A stretch of 64,000 bases of DNA from Acutalibacteraceae bacterium. Its GTDB lineage: Bacteria; Bacillota; Clostridia; Oscillospirales; Acutalibacteraceae. Made by a program: the position numbers and the translations under genes. Within the stretch, counting starts at the first letter, position 1. Every line of letters begins with the position of its first letter. The stretch covers positions 4,316-68,315 of the forward strand of contig JBJEQD010000105.1 of NCBI GenBank assembly GCA_051881575.1. Direction: 5' to 3'. Below the pieces are notes generated by a model that saw nothing but the letters and a program-made list of their open reading frames with translations, searched no databases and was not told the DNA's origin. This document shows positions 7,718-17,396 of this stretch, piece after piece.

Positions 7718-9634
7718 ATGTCAGTTGTCAGTATTCAGAATTTGAAAAAAGATTTCGGCGGCAAGGTGCTGTTTGAAAACATTTCGTTTGATGTCAATCC
7801 CGGCGACAGAGTCGGGCTTATCGGCGCAAACGGAACGGGCAAAACAACGCTTTTCAAAATCATAACCGGCGAAACCGAAGCGAGCGACGGCGGCGCATTT
7901 GTCGGCAAAAACATTAAGGTCGGCTATCTTGAACAGCACGCCTGCCAAGGTTCGGTCAGAACGGTTTATGACGAAGCTTTAAGCATTTTTCAGCCTCTTA
8001 TGGAGACGGAAAAACAGCTTGAAGAAATCGCCTGCGCTCTTGAAAACGGTAACGGCGACAGAGACGGGCTGATTGAAATGCAAAACCGCCTTAACGAGCA
8101 GTTTCAGGCTTCGGAGGGTCTGACCTACCGCAGCCGAACCCGTTCTGCCCTGCTCGGTCTCGGATTTTCCGAAAACGATTTTTCGCTGACCTGCGATAAG
8201 CTCAGCGGCGGTCAGCGTTCAAAGCTGAGCATGTGCAAGCTGCTTCTGAGCGGTTCGGATTTGCTTTTGCTTGACGAGCCGACAAACCATCTTGACATTG
8301 CGGGAACGGAATGGCTCGAAAGCTTTCTTTCGGGCTTCAAGGGCACAATTATCGTTATTTCCCATGACCGTTATTTTCTCGACAGAGTAACCAACAAAAC
8401 CGTTGAAATTTCGGGGCGCAAAAGCCATTGGTCAAAAGGGAATTATTCGGCGTATCTGAAGCTGAAAGAGGAACGCCTTGAGAGCGAACGCCGCCAATAT
8501 GAAAATCAGATTGCCGAAATCAAACGCATTGAGGGCATTATTGAGCAGCAGCGTTCTTTTGCAAGAGAGCGCAATTTCATAACAGCCGAAAGCAAGCGCA
8601 AGATGCTTGAAAAGAAAAAAGCTGAGCTTGTTGTTCCCGACCCTCCGCTTTCAAAAATGCGAATGAAATTCACTCCCGAGTGCGAAACGGGCAACGATGT
8701 GCTTTTTGTTAAGGGTCTTTCAAAATCGTTCGGCGAAAAACGCCTTTTCAGTTCGGCGGATATGGAGGTTTATAAAAATGAGCGTGTTTTCGTTCTCGGC
8801 TCAAACGGTTGCGGCAAAACAACGCTTCTGCGTATTCTGACTCGTCAGCAGAGAGCCGATGACGGCAGTTTTTCATTCGGCGCAAATGTCAAAATAGGCT
8901 ATTTTGACCAAAGCCTTGAAAGCCTCAGAGGCGGCAAAACCGTTATTGATGAGATTTGGGACGAGCACCGTTCTTTCAACGAAACCACCGTCAGAAGCTA
9001 CCTTGCGCTGTTCCTTTTCAGGGGTGATGATGTTTTCAAAAATGTTGACAGCCTGAGCGGCGGAGAAAAAGCCAAGCTCTGCCTGCTGAAACTCATGCTT
9101 TCGGGCGCAAATGTGCTTCTGCTCGACGAGCCGACAAATCACCTTGACATTCCGTCAAGAGAGGTTCTCGAAGCGGCTCTTTCAGACTTTGACGGCACGA
9201 TTATTGCCGTTTCGCATGACAGATATTTTATCAATAAGCTTTCAACAAAAATTTACCGCATGACCCCCGACGGCTTTGAAAAATTCGACGGAGACTATAA
9301 CGACTACGCACAGTTTGCTCTCGCTCAGGCAAAGGAAAAGCCGAAAAAAGCGGAGCAAAAGGTCAATTTTTACAAGCTTCGCAAGGAGCGTGAAAGCGAA
9401 ATCAACCGCCTGAAAGGCAAAATCAGCCGCACGGAGGCGGAAATTGAACGGCTCGACGGTGAGATTGCCGAGCTGAACGGAATGCTTTCAACGCCCGAGG
9501 TCTCGGCAGACTACGAAAAGGTTATCGCTCTGACAAAAGAGCTTGAAGATCTGAGCGATAAACAGCTTGAAATCATGGACGAATGGGAACAGATGAATTC
9601 ACGGCTTTCAAAACTGAACGAACAGGAGATTTAA
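7718..9634 (+). CDS. ABC-F family ATP-binding protein
   Basis: Two ABC cassettes (GANGTGKTT, LSGGQ; GSNGCGKTT, LSGGEK), no TM segments, C-terminal coiled coil. Confidence 0.92.
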   Translation: MSVVSIQNLKKDFGGKVLFENISFDVNPGDRVGLIGANGTGKTTLFKIITGETEASDGGAFVGKNIKVGYLEQHACQGSVRTVYDEALSIFQPLMETEKQLEEIACALENGNGDRDGLIEMQNRLNEQFQASEGLTYRSRTRSALLGLGFSENDFSLTCDKLSGGQRSKLSMCKLLLSGSDLLLLDEPTNHLDIAGTEWLESFLSGFKGTIIVISHDRYFLDRVTNKTVEISGRKSHWSKGNYSAYLKLKEERLESERRQYENQIAEIKRIEGIIEQQRSFARERNFITAESKRKMLEKKKAELVVPDPPLSKMRMKFTPECETGNDVLFVKGLSKSFGEKRLFSSADMEVYKNERVFVLGSNGCGKTTLLRILTRQQRADDGSFSFGANVKIGYFDQSLESLRGGKTVIDEIWDEHRSFNETTVRSYLALFLFRGDDVFKNVDSLSGGEKAKLCLLKLMLSGANVLLLDEPTNHLDIPSREVLEAALSDFDGTIIAVSHDRYFINKLSTKIYRMTPDGFEKFDGDYNDYAQFALAQAKEKPKKAEQKVNFYKLRKERESEINRLKGKISRTEAEIERLDGEIAELNGMLSTPEVSADYEKVIALTKELEDLSDKQLEIMDEWEQMNSRLSKLNEQEI

Positions 9635-9635
9635 A

Positions 9636-11786
9636 ATGACACATGACCGCATGTTCAAGGGCGCAAAATGGATAGAATGCGCCGTTTCTTCGGAAGCGCC
9701 GATTTTCAGAAAAACTTTCAATGCCGAAAAAGGCGAAAAGGCTCGGATCATCATCTGCGGCCTCGGCTTTTTCAAGCTTTTCATTAACGGCAAAAAGGTC
9801 AGCGATGACCTGCTTGTTCCGAACGCCACGGATTATTCGGAGCGTGACCTGACCAAGCTTTATTATAAAATCACCGATAAACTCAGCCACAGAATATATT
9901 GCATGGAATATGACATTTCGTATTATCTGATTCAGGGCGAAAACACTCTTGCCGTCATGCTCGGCAACGGCTACTATAACCAACATTCCCGCCATGCCGA
10001 GGGCGGCGTCGTTTTCGGAACGCCCAAGCTTTGTTATTTAATTGAAAAGGAGAGCGGAGCCGTTCTCTGCGACGCTTCAACGCTTTCGCACACGGGCTTT
10101 GTGACCGAAAATAATCTTTACAACGGTGAAAAGCACGATTACACGCTCTGCCCCCGGAACGGCGATTTTGCCGAAAGCCGTGAAATTCATGCCCCCGAAA
10201 GCGAATTTTATATTCAGACCTCCCCTGCCGACAAGGTTATCCGCTCGATTGAGCCGAAGCTTATCGGCACGGTTGACGGCGCAGACCTTTATGACGCAGG
10301 CGAAAATACGGTCGGCTACGCCGTATTCAAGGGCGGCGAAAAAGGAAACAAAATCACCGTTAATTATGCCGAAGTGCTCGACAGCTCACCGAAAAAATAC
10401 GGCATACATTTTGAATACGGCTATCAGCAGGATGAATTTATCTGCGGCGGCGAAGAAACGGAGTATATTCCGCATTTCACATGGCACGGCTTCAGATATT
10501 TCAAGGTCAGGGGCGCAAAGCCGCTCAGAGTTGATATTGTTCATTCCGACTGCCCCGTCACCTCGTCGTTTGAGTGTGACAATTCGGTTCTGAACTGGCT
10601 TTATTCTGCCTACATCAGAACTCAGCTTTGCAACATGCACAGCGGCGTTCCCTCCGACTGCCCTCACAGAGAACGGCTCGGCTACACGGGCGACGGTCAG
10701 CTTTGCTGCGAAGCGGCGATGATGATGCTTGACAGCCGTGAATTTTACCGCAAGTGGCTCTATGATATTTCAGACTGTCAATGCAAGGTCAGCGGTCATA
10801 TTCAGCACACCGCTCCGCTAATGGGCGGCGGCGGAGGCCCGTCGGGCTGGGGCGGCGCTATCGTTGAAGTTCCGATGAAATTCTACAAGACCTACGGCGA
10901 CAAAGACCTGCTTAATGGATTTTTCCCGAAAATGCTCCGCTTCCTTGATTATCTTGAAAGCAGAAGCGAAAACGGGCTTGTCTGCCGTGAGGAGGAGGGC
11001 GGCTGGTGCCTCGGCGACTGGTGCACTCCCGACGAAATAAAAATCCCCGAATCCTATGTCAACACCTGCCTTTATGTCAGATTCATGCAGCAAGCTCTTG
11101 AAGCCGCCGAAATTCTCGGCAGGCAGAGCGAAGCCGCTCATCTTAACGAGAGAATAGAGCAAGTTAAAAGAGCAATTGATATTGCCTATTTCAGCCCGTT
11201 CAGCCACACCTATATCGGCGACATTCAGGGCGCATCCTGCCTTGCGCTGAGAATAGGTCTCGGCGACGAAAAAACGCTGAAGGTCATAACGGAAAAATAT
11301 AAAAAACTCGGCACTTTCGACACGGGAATTATCGCCACCGAAGCGCTCATCGGCATGCTGTTTGAAAACGGCGAGGATCAGCTTGCCTTTGACCTGCTTT
11401 CAAACGAGGGCGAAAACTCATTCGGCAAAGAGGCGGCATGCGGAGCAACAACGCTTTGGGAATATTGGTCGGGAATCGAATCTCAGAATCACCCGATGTT
11501 CGGCGCCGCAACAAAATATCTGTTTATGTATCTTCTCGGCATCCGTCAGCCCGAGGGCGGAGCAGGCTATAAAAAAGCCGTTATTTCTCCCCGCTTCGTT
11601 GACGGACTTAACAGAGCAAAGGGACACATCACAACCGAAAACGGCATAATCTCCGTTGAATATGTCAGAGACGAAAAAACTGCTTCCGTCAAGGTCTTTG
11701 CCGACCCGAGAATAGACGCCGTGTTTGAACATAAAGGAATCAAAACTCCGTTCAGCGGAGAAAAAGTATTTAATATTGAGATTTAA
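9636..11786 (+). CDS. Alpha-L-rhamnosidase (GH78)
   Basis: FTWHGFRY, PSDCPHRERLGYTGDG, LGDW, GATTLWEYW, NHPMFG motifs. Confidence 0.88.
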   Translation: MTHDRMFKGAKWIECAVSSEAPIFRKTFNAEKGEKARIIICGLGFFKLFINGKKVSDDLLVPNATDYSERDLTKLYYKITDKLSHRIYCMEYDISYYLIQGENTLAVMLGNGYYNQHSRHAEGGVVFGTPKLCYLIEKESGAVLCDASTLSHTGFVTENNLYNGEKHDYTLCPRNGDFAESREIHAPESEFYIQTSPADKVIRSIEPKLIGTVDGADLYDAGENTVGYAVFKGGEKGNKITVNYAEVLDSSPKKYGIHFEYGYQQDEFICGGEETEYIPHFTWHGFRYFKVRGAKPLRVDIVHSDCPVTSSFECDNSVLNWLYSAYIRTQLCNMHSGVPSDCPHRERLGYTGDGQLCCEAAMMMLDSREFYRKWLYDISDCQCKVSGHIQHTAPLMGGGGGPSGWGGAIVEVPMKFYKTYGDKDLLNGFFPKMLRFLDYLESRSENGLVCREEEGGWCLGDWCTPDEIKIPESYVNTCLYVRFMQQALEAAEILGRQSEAAHLNERIEQVKRAIDIAYFSPFSHTYIGDIQGASCLALRIGLGDEKTLKVITEKYKKLGTFDTGIIATEALIGMLFENGEDQLAFDLLSNEGENSFGKEAACGATTLWEYWSGIESQNHPMFGAATKYLFMYLLGIRQPEGGAGYKKAVISPRFVDGLNRAKGHITTENGIISVEYVRDEKTASVKVFADPRIDAVFEHKGIKTPFSGEKVFNIEI

Positions 11787-11798
11787 CGAGGTTATTCT

Positions 11799-12359
11799 AT
11801 GGCGGAAATAAAAAGCTATAAGCCCGAACACCGTAAAGCCGTTCGGCAAATTTGCCTTGAAACAGGCCCCGACACGGCGCTGACCGACCCGAAAATGAGA
11901 GAATATATCCTTTCGGCTTACTGCGATTATTATATTGAAAATGAGCCGCAGAACGCCTTTGTTCTGACCGATGACAGCGACAGGGCGCAGGGTTATATCC
12001 TCTGCGCTGAGAATTTCAAAGCGTATTCAAAGGCGTTTCGCCCTTATTTGAAAAAAATCCTCAAAACGGGATTCGTCAACTGCTTTGAGGCGTTCGGCGA
12101 ATATCTCGCCTACGCCGCTTATTCAAAAAAATACCCCTCTCATCTTCACATTGACCTTAACAGCGGATTCAGAGGCGGCGGAAACGGCTCAAAAATGATT
12201 CAAATGCTTCTTGAAAAGCTGAAATCCAAAGGCTCGAAAGGCGTTATGCTGATAGTCGGCACGGGAAATGTTAAGGCAATCAATTTTTATAAGAAAAACG
12301 GCTTTAAGGTGCTGCGCCGAATCGGCGAGGGCACGGCAATGGCAAAGGAGCTGAATTAA
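11799..12359 (+). CDS. GNAT family N-acetyltransferase
   Basis: HLHIDL...RGGGNGSKMI acetyl-CoA loop; NVKAINFYKKNGF. Confidence 0.85.
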   Translation: MAEIKSYKPEHRKAVRQICLETGPDTALTDPKMREYILSAYCDYYIENEPQNAFVLTDDSDRAQGYILCAENFKAYSKAFRPYLKKILKTGFVNCFEAFGEYLAYAAYSKKYPSHLHIDLNSGFRGGGNGSKMIQMLLEKLKSKGSKGVMLIVGTGNVKAINFYKKNGFKVLRRIGEGTAMAKELN

Positions 12360-13330
12360 TGAGATACGGAGTTATCGGAACGGGCTGGATTGCAAAAGCG
12401 TTCATTGACGGCGCAAGACTGCTGACAAACGCCGAATTTTGCGCTGTTTATTCAAGAACGGAAGAAAGCGGCGGCAAATTTGCGGCCGAAAACGGAATAC
12501 CCAAGGTTTTCACCGACCTTGAAGAATTTGCAAACGGCGATTTTGATGCGGTTTATATTGCAAGCCCCAACGCTCTGCATTATCCGCAGTCAAAGCTGAT
12601 GCTCGAAAGCGGAAAGCATGTTATCTGCGAAAAGCCGATAACCGTTGAACCCTCTGAGCTTGAGGAGCTTCAGACGCTTGCCGCCGAAAAGGGACTTATC
12701 TATATTGAAGCCATCATGCACATGTTCAACCCCGCAAGACAGCTTCTCAAAGATGCGGTTTCAAAAATCGGCAAAATTTCAAGCGCACGCTTTGATTTTT
12801 CACAGCTTTCTTCAAAATATCCCGCCTACCTTGCGGGAGAGCTTCCGAATATATTCAATCCTGCCCTTGCGACGGGCTGTCTGATGGATTTGGGCATCTA
12901 CTGCGTTTATCCCGCACTTGACCTTTTCGGAATGCCCGAAAAAATAACCGCCTGCGCCGATTTCATGGCAAGCGGAGCAGACGGCGGCGGAAACGCCTCG
13001 TTCATTTATCCCGATAAAACGGTCACATTGACATATTCAAAGCTCGGTCAGAGCAGGCTCGGTTCCGAGATAATGGGCGATAACGGCACGGTTTTCACCG
13101 AATCGATTTCTAAGCTTATTAACTTGAAACTCGCCGATAATGACGGCAACATTACCGAAATCATCGGCGATGTTCCCAAAGACCGTCTCATGGGCTATGA
13201 AGCGCAGAAATTTGAAGCTTTCATTGCCGACCCATCCGACCCGCTCTATTCGGAAGCTAAAGAAAAAGCCCTGCAGGTCAGCAGGGTTATGAAGCAAATC
13301 CGTGAAATCGCAGGAATAAGTTTTAAATAG
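12359..13330 (+). CDS. Gfo/Idh/MocA family oxidoreductase
   Basis: GVIGTGWIA, YIASPNALH, HVICEKP, GCLMDLGIY. Confidence 0.9.
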   Translation: MRYGVIGTGWIAKAFIDGARLLTNAEFCAVYSRTEESGGKFAAENGIPKVFTDLEEFANGDFDAVYIASPNALHYPQSKLMLESGKHVICEKPITVEPSELEELQTLAAEKGLIYIEAIMHMFNPARQLLKDAVSKIGKISSARFDFSQLSSKYPAYLAGELPNIFNPALATGCLMDLGIYCVYPALDLFGMPEKITACADFMASGADGGGNASFIYPDKTVTLTYSKLGQSRLGSEIMGDNGTVFTESISKLINLKLADNDGNITEIIGDVPKDRLMGYEAQKFEAFIADPSDPLYSEAKEKALQVSRVMKQIREIAGISFK

Positions 13331-13340
13331 GCAAAAATAT

Positions 13341-13376
13341 ATCCGTCTCATCCGGCACAAGCACGGTGAGACGGAT
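13341..13376. terminator. Hairpin terminator between convergent genes
   Basis: ATCCGTCTCA...TGAGACGGAT 10-bp stem. Confidence 0.6.
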
Positions 13377-13379
13377 TAT

Positions 13380-13913
13380 CTATTTCTTTATTCCAAAGAA
13401 CGAACCGACGGGATCCTCAAAAAGAGGGATTTTCGGCTGAACAAATGTCAGAATAACAAAAGCAAGTGCAAAGATACACAGAATGACAACAGCCGTCACA
13501 TTCAAAGCACACGGAACGGGTTTTCGGCTCATAATTCGGGTTTCAAGAAGATACGCCGCAGCGGCAGCCAACAGGAAGGTTAATATATTAAACCAACCCG
13601 GCGCATTTCCGAAAGCGCCGACGCAGGTGTAATACAGCACGGGTATCAGCACAAGCCCGAGGCTTATTCCCGCAAGCTTTGAAGCCCCGAAGTTTTCATT
13701 TTTTCTGCCGATAAAAAGGTATTCAACGAATGCAAAAACAAACATCGGGAAAAACAGCAGTTTCATGTGCTCCCATGTTGACTCATTCACCGCCGCAAAC
13801 GGTGCGGCAATGACGCTTTGATTGCTCCACCCATAGACAAAATGGAGCAGCGTTCCCGCCGTTGCCGCAAAAATAAATCCCGCAGCCTGCCACCGCTTTA
13901 ACTCTTTGCTCAA
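13380..13913 (-). CDS. DUF6512-like membrane protein
   Basis: GTLLHFVYGWS...VNESTWEHMKLLFFP pattern; several TM segments; TTG start. Confidence 0.7.
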   Translation of the reverse strand: MSKELKRWQAAGFIFAATAGTLLHFVYGWSNQSVIAAPFAAVNESTWEHMKLLFFPMFVFAFVEYLFIGRKNENFGASKLAGISLGLVLIPVLYYTCVGAFGNAPGWFNILTFLLAAAAAYLLETRIMSRKPVPCALNVTAVVILCIFALAFVILTFVQPKIPLFEDPVGSFFGIKK

Positions 13914-14307
13914 ACCCTCTGCCCCCGTTAATCATCACTTCAAGCATAAGTATATTCAATACAGATATTTATATTACCGCTGAAAAAATTATTCTGTCAT
14001 TTTCAAAGCGTTACTGTATTTCTGAAAACATATATTAGCACTTTTTGGCAAATCAAAAGAAAACAGAAAGCTTTTTATTTGTTTTTCAAAAAACTTGTTG
14101 TAAATATGCACAAAAATTTAAAAATATATGAATGAAGCTAAAAAAGAACTTATCTATATCTTATGTAGAGAGTATTACTCATATGAATGTTATCTGTTTT
14201 TCAAAAAATGTTTCATTACCTAATCTGTATTAAAACAATTGTATTCGACCGCAGTCGAATTTTATATAAATTATAAATTTTTTCTCAAAAAGAGGAGGTT
14301 TTTTTAA

Positions 14308-16293
14308 GTGAAAAAAACAACAAAAATGACTATTGCGATACTTCTAACCATCATTATGGTATTCGGTTCGTTTGGTGCTGGAAACTCTAATCTTTTTTTC
14401 AAGTTGTTTGAGATTAAAGCATCCGGAGTGCAAGCAGGTATATTTCTTTGGCCAGTACCTTCTTCTTATTCTCTGTCACAAGGCTATAGTTCTAGCCATA
14501 AAGCAATAGATATTCAGAAGTGCGCAAACCAAAATGTAATTGCATCTTATTCCGGAGTCGTGTATAAACTTGATTCCGGAACAAATAGTTCAAGTTCAAC
14601 AGATAGCTCATACGGAACAAGCATGATTATCAAGCACAATATTAATGGGAGTGTTTACTATACCCACTATGCTCATATGGTTAAAGATTCAATCCCTCAA
14701 AGGCTCCGAACAATTGGCGCAAGTGTAAGCCAAGGTGAAATCATAGGAAAAGTTGGAAATACAGGAAATGTTTCTGGATCTTCTGGATATCATTTGCATT
14801 TTTCTATTGCAGATAGCACAGGCGTATGGAACGGACGATTCAACAACACTCCAACAGATAGTAGGCACAACATAAATAGTTCTAGCGGTGTGTCATACAG
14901 ATACAGTATTGAACATGAGCACGACTTTAGTGTTTATCTGTATTACTGGGCAAAACATCCTCACTACAATGATTATAAATGCAAATACTGCGATGCTAAG
15001 CAGGAAAACAGAAATGAAACAAATTATGTTGCATCATGTGAATTGTGCAATCACACCCATAGTTATACAGCCACTTCGGCATCATCTGCCACATGTGAGT
15101 CAGGCGGATACACGACATATAACTGTTCATGCGGAGACAGTTATACAACATATACAAACGCCTTAGGCCATAACTACAGTATTTTATCATATAATGAAAA
15201 CGCACATCCTCATTATGCAGTTTACAAATGCAGCAGGTGCAGTTCAACAAAAAGGACTTCAGAAACCGGTTATCTGAAATCATGTATAGATTGTATTTTC
15301 AGCGGTAAACCGGTTTTAACAGTTACACCGGGCACAAGCAAAACAGAAACTATTTTATTGTCAAGCGTTGTAAACGGTGCCGAATATTATGAATATAATA
15401 TTAAAACTTACTACGGCGATGAAAAGGTTCTATTCAGATATAGTGATGAAGGAGAGCCGGTATCTGTCATTCTTGATTCAGGCAAATATAAAGCATATGT
15501 AGTAATTTACGATAGATTAGCGTCGTATACATTAAAAAGTGATGAAGTAATATTCACCGTTGATGGCGTCTCCGAAGAAATAAGTACAACGGCATTCCAA
15601 AACGGATATTCAATATACTTCAACGCTAACGGTGGTTATGGCGCACCGTCGTCTCAAAGCGGAAAAACCTCTTATACAATTCCGCCAACTACGCCCACAC
15701 GAAACGGATATTCATTCCTTGGCTGGTCAAAAAACAGTAGTGCTTCATCTGCAAGCTATAAAGGCGGAGACTTCATTTATCTTGAAAACGACACAACGCT
15801 TTATGCTGTTTGGGAAAAAGATGAAATCTCCGAGGAAACGACAACAGCAATCCGAAACGGATATTCAATATACTTTAACGCTAACGGTGGTTCGGGAGCA
15901 CCGTCGGCTCAAAGTGGAAAAACATCTTATACAATTCCGTCAACAACACCAACAAGAAGTGGATATACATTTCTCGGTTGGTCAGAAAACAGTTCAGCAA
16001 TTTCTGCCGGCTACAAACCCGGTGACACAATAGTGCTCTCAACCGATACAACCCTTTATGCGGTTTGGCAAAAAGCAGAAGAGCCCACTACATCACCCAG
16101 TAATACTTGCCCTAACTGCGGAGAAGAATTCACGAGTGAAGAAGAATACAATGAACATATTTCAAACTGTGACTCAAATAACGGCAATAACAACAATTCG
16201 GGTGTTAGTTTATTTGGATTGATATTAGCATTTTTTGCAAGTATTATAAGCTTTATAGGAATGGTTCTAATGTTTCCGCTTCTTCTGTTTTAA
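14308..16293 (+). CDS. Secreted/surface M23 metallopeptidase with His/Cys-rich repeats, two InlB B-type repeats and a C-terminal hydrophobic tail
   Basis: Signal peptide; HKAID, YAHM, HLHF M23 motifs; two YFNANGG...GY.FLGWS...LYAVW repeats; GTG start with SD GAGGAGG; AT-rich relative to flanks. Confidence 0.85.
   Translation: MKKTTKMTIAILLTIIMVFGSFGAGNSNLFFKLFEIKASGVQAGIFLWPVPSSYSLSQGYSSSHKAIDIQKCANQNVIASYSGVVYKLDSGTNSSSSTDSSYGTSMIIKHNINGSVYYTHYAHMVKDSIPQRLRTIGASVSQGEIIGKVGNTGNVSGSSGYHLHFSIADSTGVWNGRFNNTPTDSRHNINSSSGVSYRYSIEHEHDFSVYLYYWAKHPHYNDYKCKYCDAKQENRNETNYVASCELCNHTHSYTATSASSATCESGGYTTYNCSCGDSYTTYTNALGHNYSILSYNENAHPHYAVYKCSRCSSTKRTSETGYLKSCIDCIFSGKPVLTVTPGTSKTETILLSSVVNGAEYYEYNIKTYYGDEKVLFRYSDEGEPVSVILDSGKYKAYVVIYDRLASYTLKSDEVIFTVDGVSEEISTTAFQNGYSIYFNANGGYGAPSSQSGKTSYTIPPTTPTRNGYSFLGWSKNSSASSASYKGGDFIYLENDTTLYAVWEKDEISEETTTAIRNGYSIYFNANGGSGAPSAQSGKTSYTIPSTTPTRSGYTFLGWSENSSAISAGYKPGDTIVLSTDTTLYAVWQKAEEPTTSPSNTCPNCGEEFTSEEEYNEHISNCDSNNGNNNNSGVSLFGLILAFFASIISFIGMVLMFPLLLF
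15568..16074 (+). repeat. Intragenic tandem duplication (about 258-nt period) encoding InlB B-repeats
   Basis: AAACGGATATTCAATATACTT(C/T)AACGCTAACGGTGGTT occurs in both copies. Confidence 0.85.
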
Positions 16294-16399
16294 TAGGTAA
16301 ACTTAGTTTATTTATAACAAATCAAAAAATTTATCTACACTATTCTGAACGTTTTTTGATAACAAAACTTAGCAAACAAGCCACCAATTGTAGCTTACT

Positions 16400-16446
16400 A
16401 CTTGCACCGCCGTGAATACCATTCGGTAAACGGCGGTGCAATTTTT
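16400..16446 (+). terminator. Terminator after the M23 gene
   Basis: TTGCACCGCCGT...ACGGCGGTGCAA stem followed by TTTTT. Confidence 0.7.
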
Positions 16447-16511
16447 AAGGGCTAATCCGTGTGCTCGCCAGCCATTATTTGCATAGAATTGTTGATATAT
16501 AACGATTTTTT

Positions 16512-17018
16512 GTAGGGAACGCCGTCCTCGGCGTTCCGTGGGGTTTGGTGCGTTTCACGGACAACCGCAAGGCTACGGATTGATTTCAATTTGTAGCGGA
16601 CGATGCTCACATCGTCCAAAATGCAGAAATAACGGATTTTTCAGGATTCAAGGTAGGGCGGGGGCTCGCTCCCGCCGTTTTGGATTTATAAAGAATATAT
16701 CATTTATAGAAAAATTTAACAAATTATTCGCCCATGGCGAATTGGTTCGTCGGGGACGCCGAACCCTACGGATTTTACCGTTAGCAGTTCATATTTCCCG
16801 GAACGCTGAGGACAGCGTTCCCTACGAGAAAATCGTACTGATATCAGGCGTTTTCAAGCAAAAACCGTAGGGGACGGGTCGCCTGTCCCGCATAAAAAAC
16901 CGTTTCAACGGATTTTAAAAATTTGTGCTTTTTCAAGCGGGAGAACGCAGTTCTCCCCTACGGTGTTGCCGAGGTTTTTCTGCTGTTTTCCCGGAACGCC
17001 GGGGACGGCGTTCCCTAC
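16512..17018. repeat. Cluster of nine GTAG-type REP hairpins (REPIN/BIME-like)
   Basis: GTAG+hairpin at 16512, 16593, 16653, 16867; hairpin+CTAC ending at 16576, 16769, 16825, 16961, 17018; first and last units are 26-bp inverted copies (1 mismatch). Confidence 0.85.
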
Positions 17019-17068
17019 TGAATTTTGTGCTTTTGGGGATAATATCGTTTATCCGTAAGTTAATCAAT

Positions 17069-17305
17069 CCTCCGTCATTTGCTTCGCAAATGCCACGCTG
17101 ACGGCGCCGTCCCCCTTTGTCTGCTTCGCAGACATTTCCCCCACACTGCGGGGGAATCGACCTTTTCAAAGGAGGCCAACGAAGCAGTAACCTACTGCAT
17201 AGGCTCCTTTGGCAACTCCCTCCGTCACGGCTGCCGCCTCGGTCGGTGCTTCTGAGCTTTCGCTCAGAGGTTGCCACCGGCAACCCGCACCCTCAAGAGG
17301 GAGGC
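17069..17305. repeat. Two tandem CC(C)TCCGTCA...hairpin...GAGGC cruciform repeats, each with an inner hairpin module
   Basis: Shared start CCTCCGTCA (17069, 17219) and end GGAGGC; internal hairpins at 17076-92, 17118-34, 17136-56, 17251-68, 17270-84. Confidence 0.65.
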
Positions 17306-17396
17306 AGATCGCTGCCCGTAGGGCTGAGGATTGGAAAGGACGCTGAATAATCAAGGTTCACGGTCACACAGTTCGTTCCGCTGAAAAGCGAAATGC

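Noticed and set aside
16538-17354. ORF-track proteins over the repeat cluster (110, 116, 77 and 62 aa)
   Set aside because: They are translations of GC-rich palindromes, with no SD and no protein motifs
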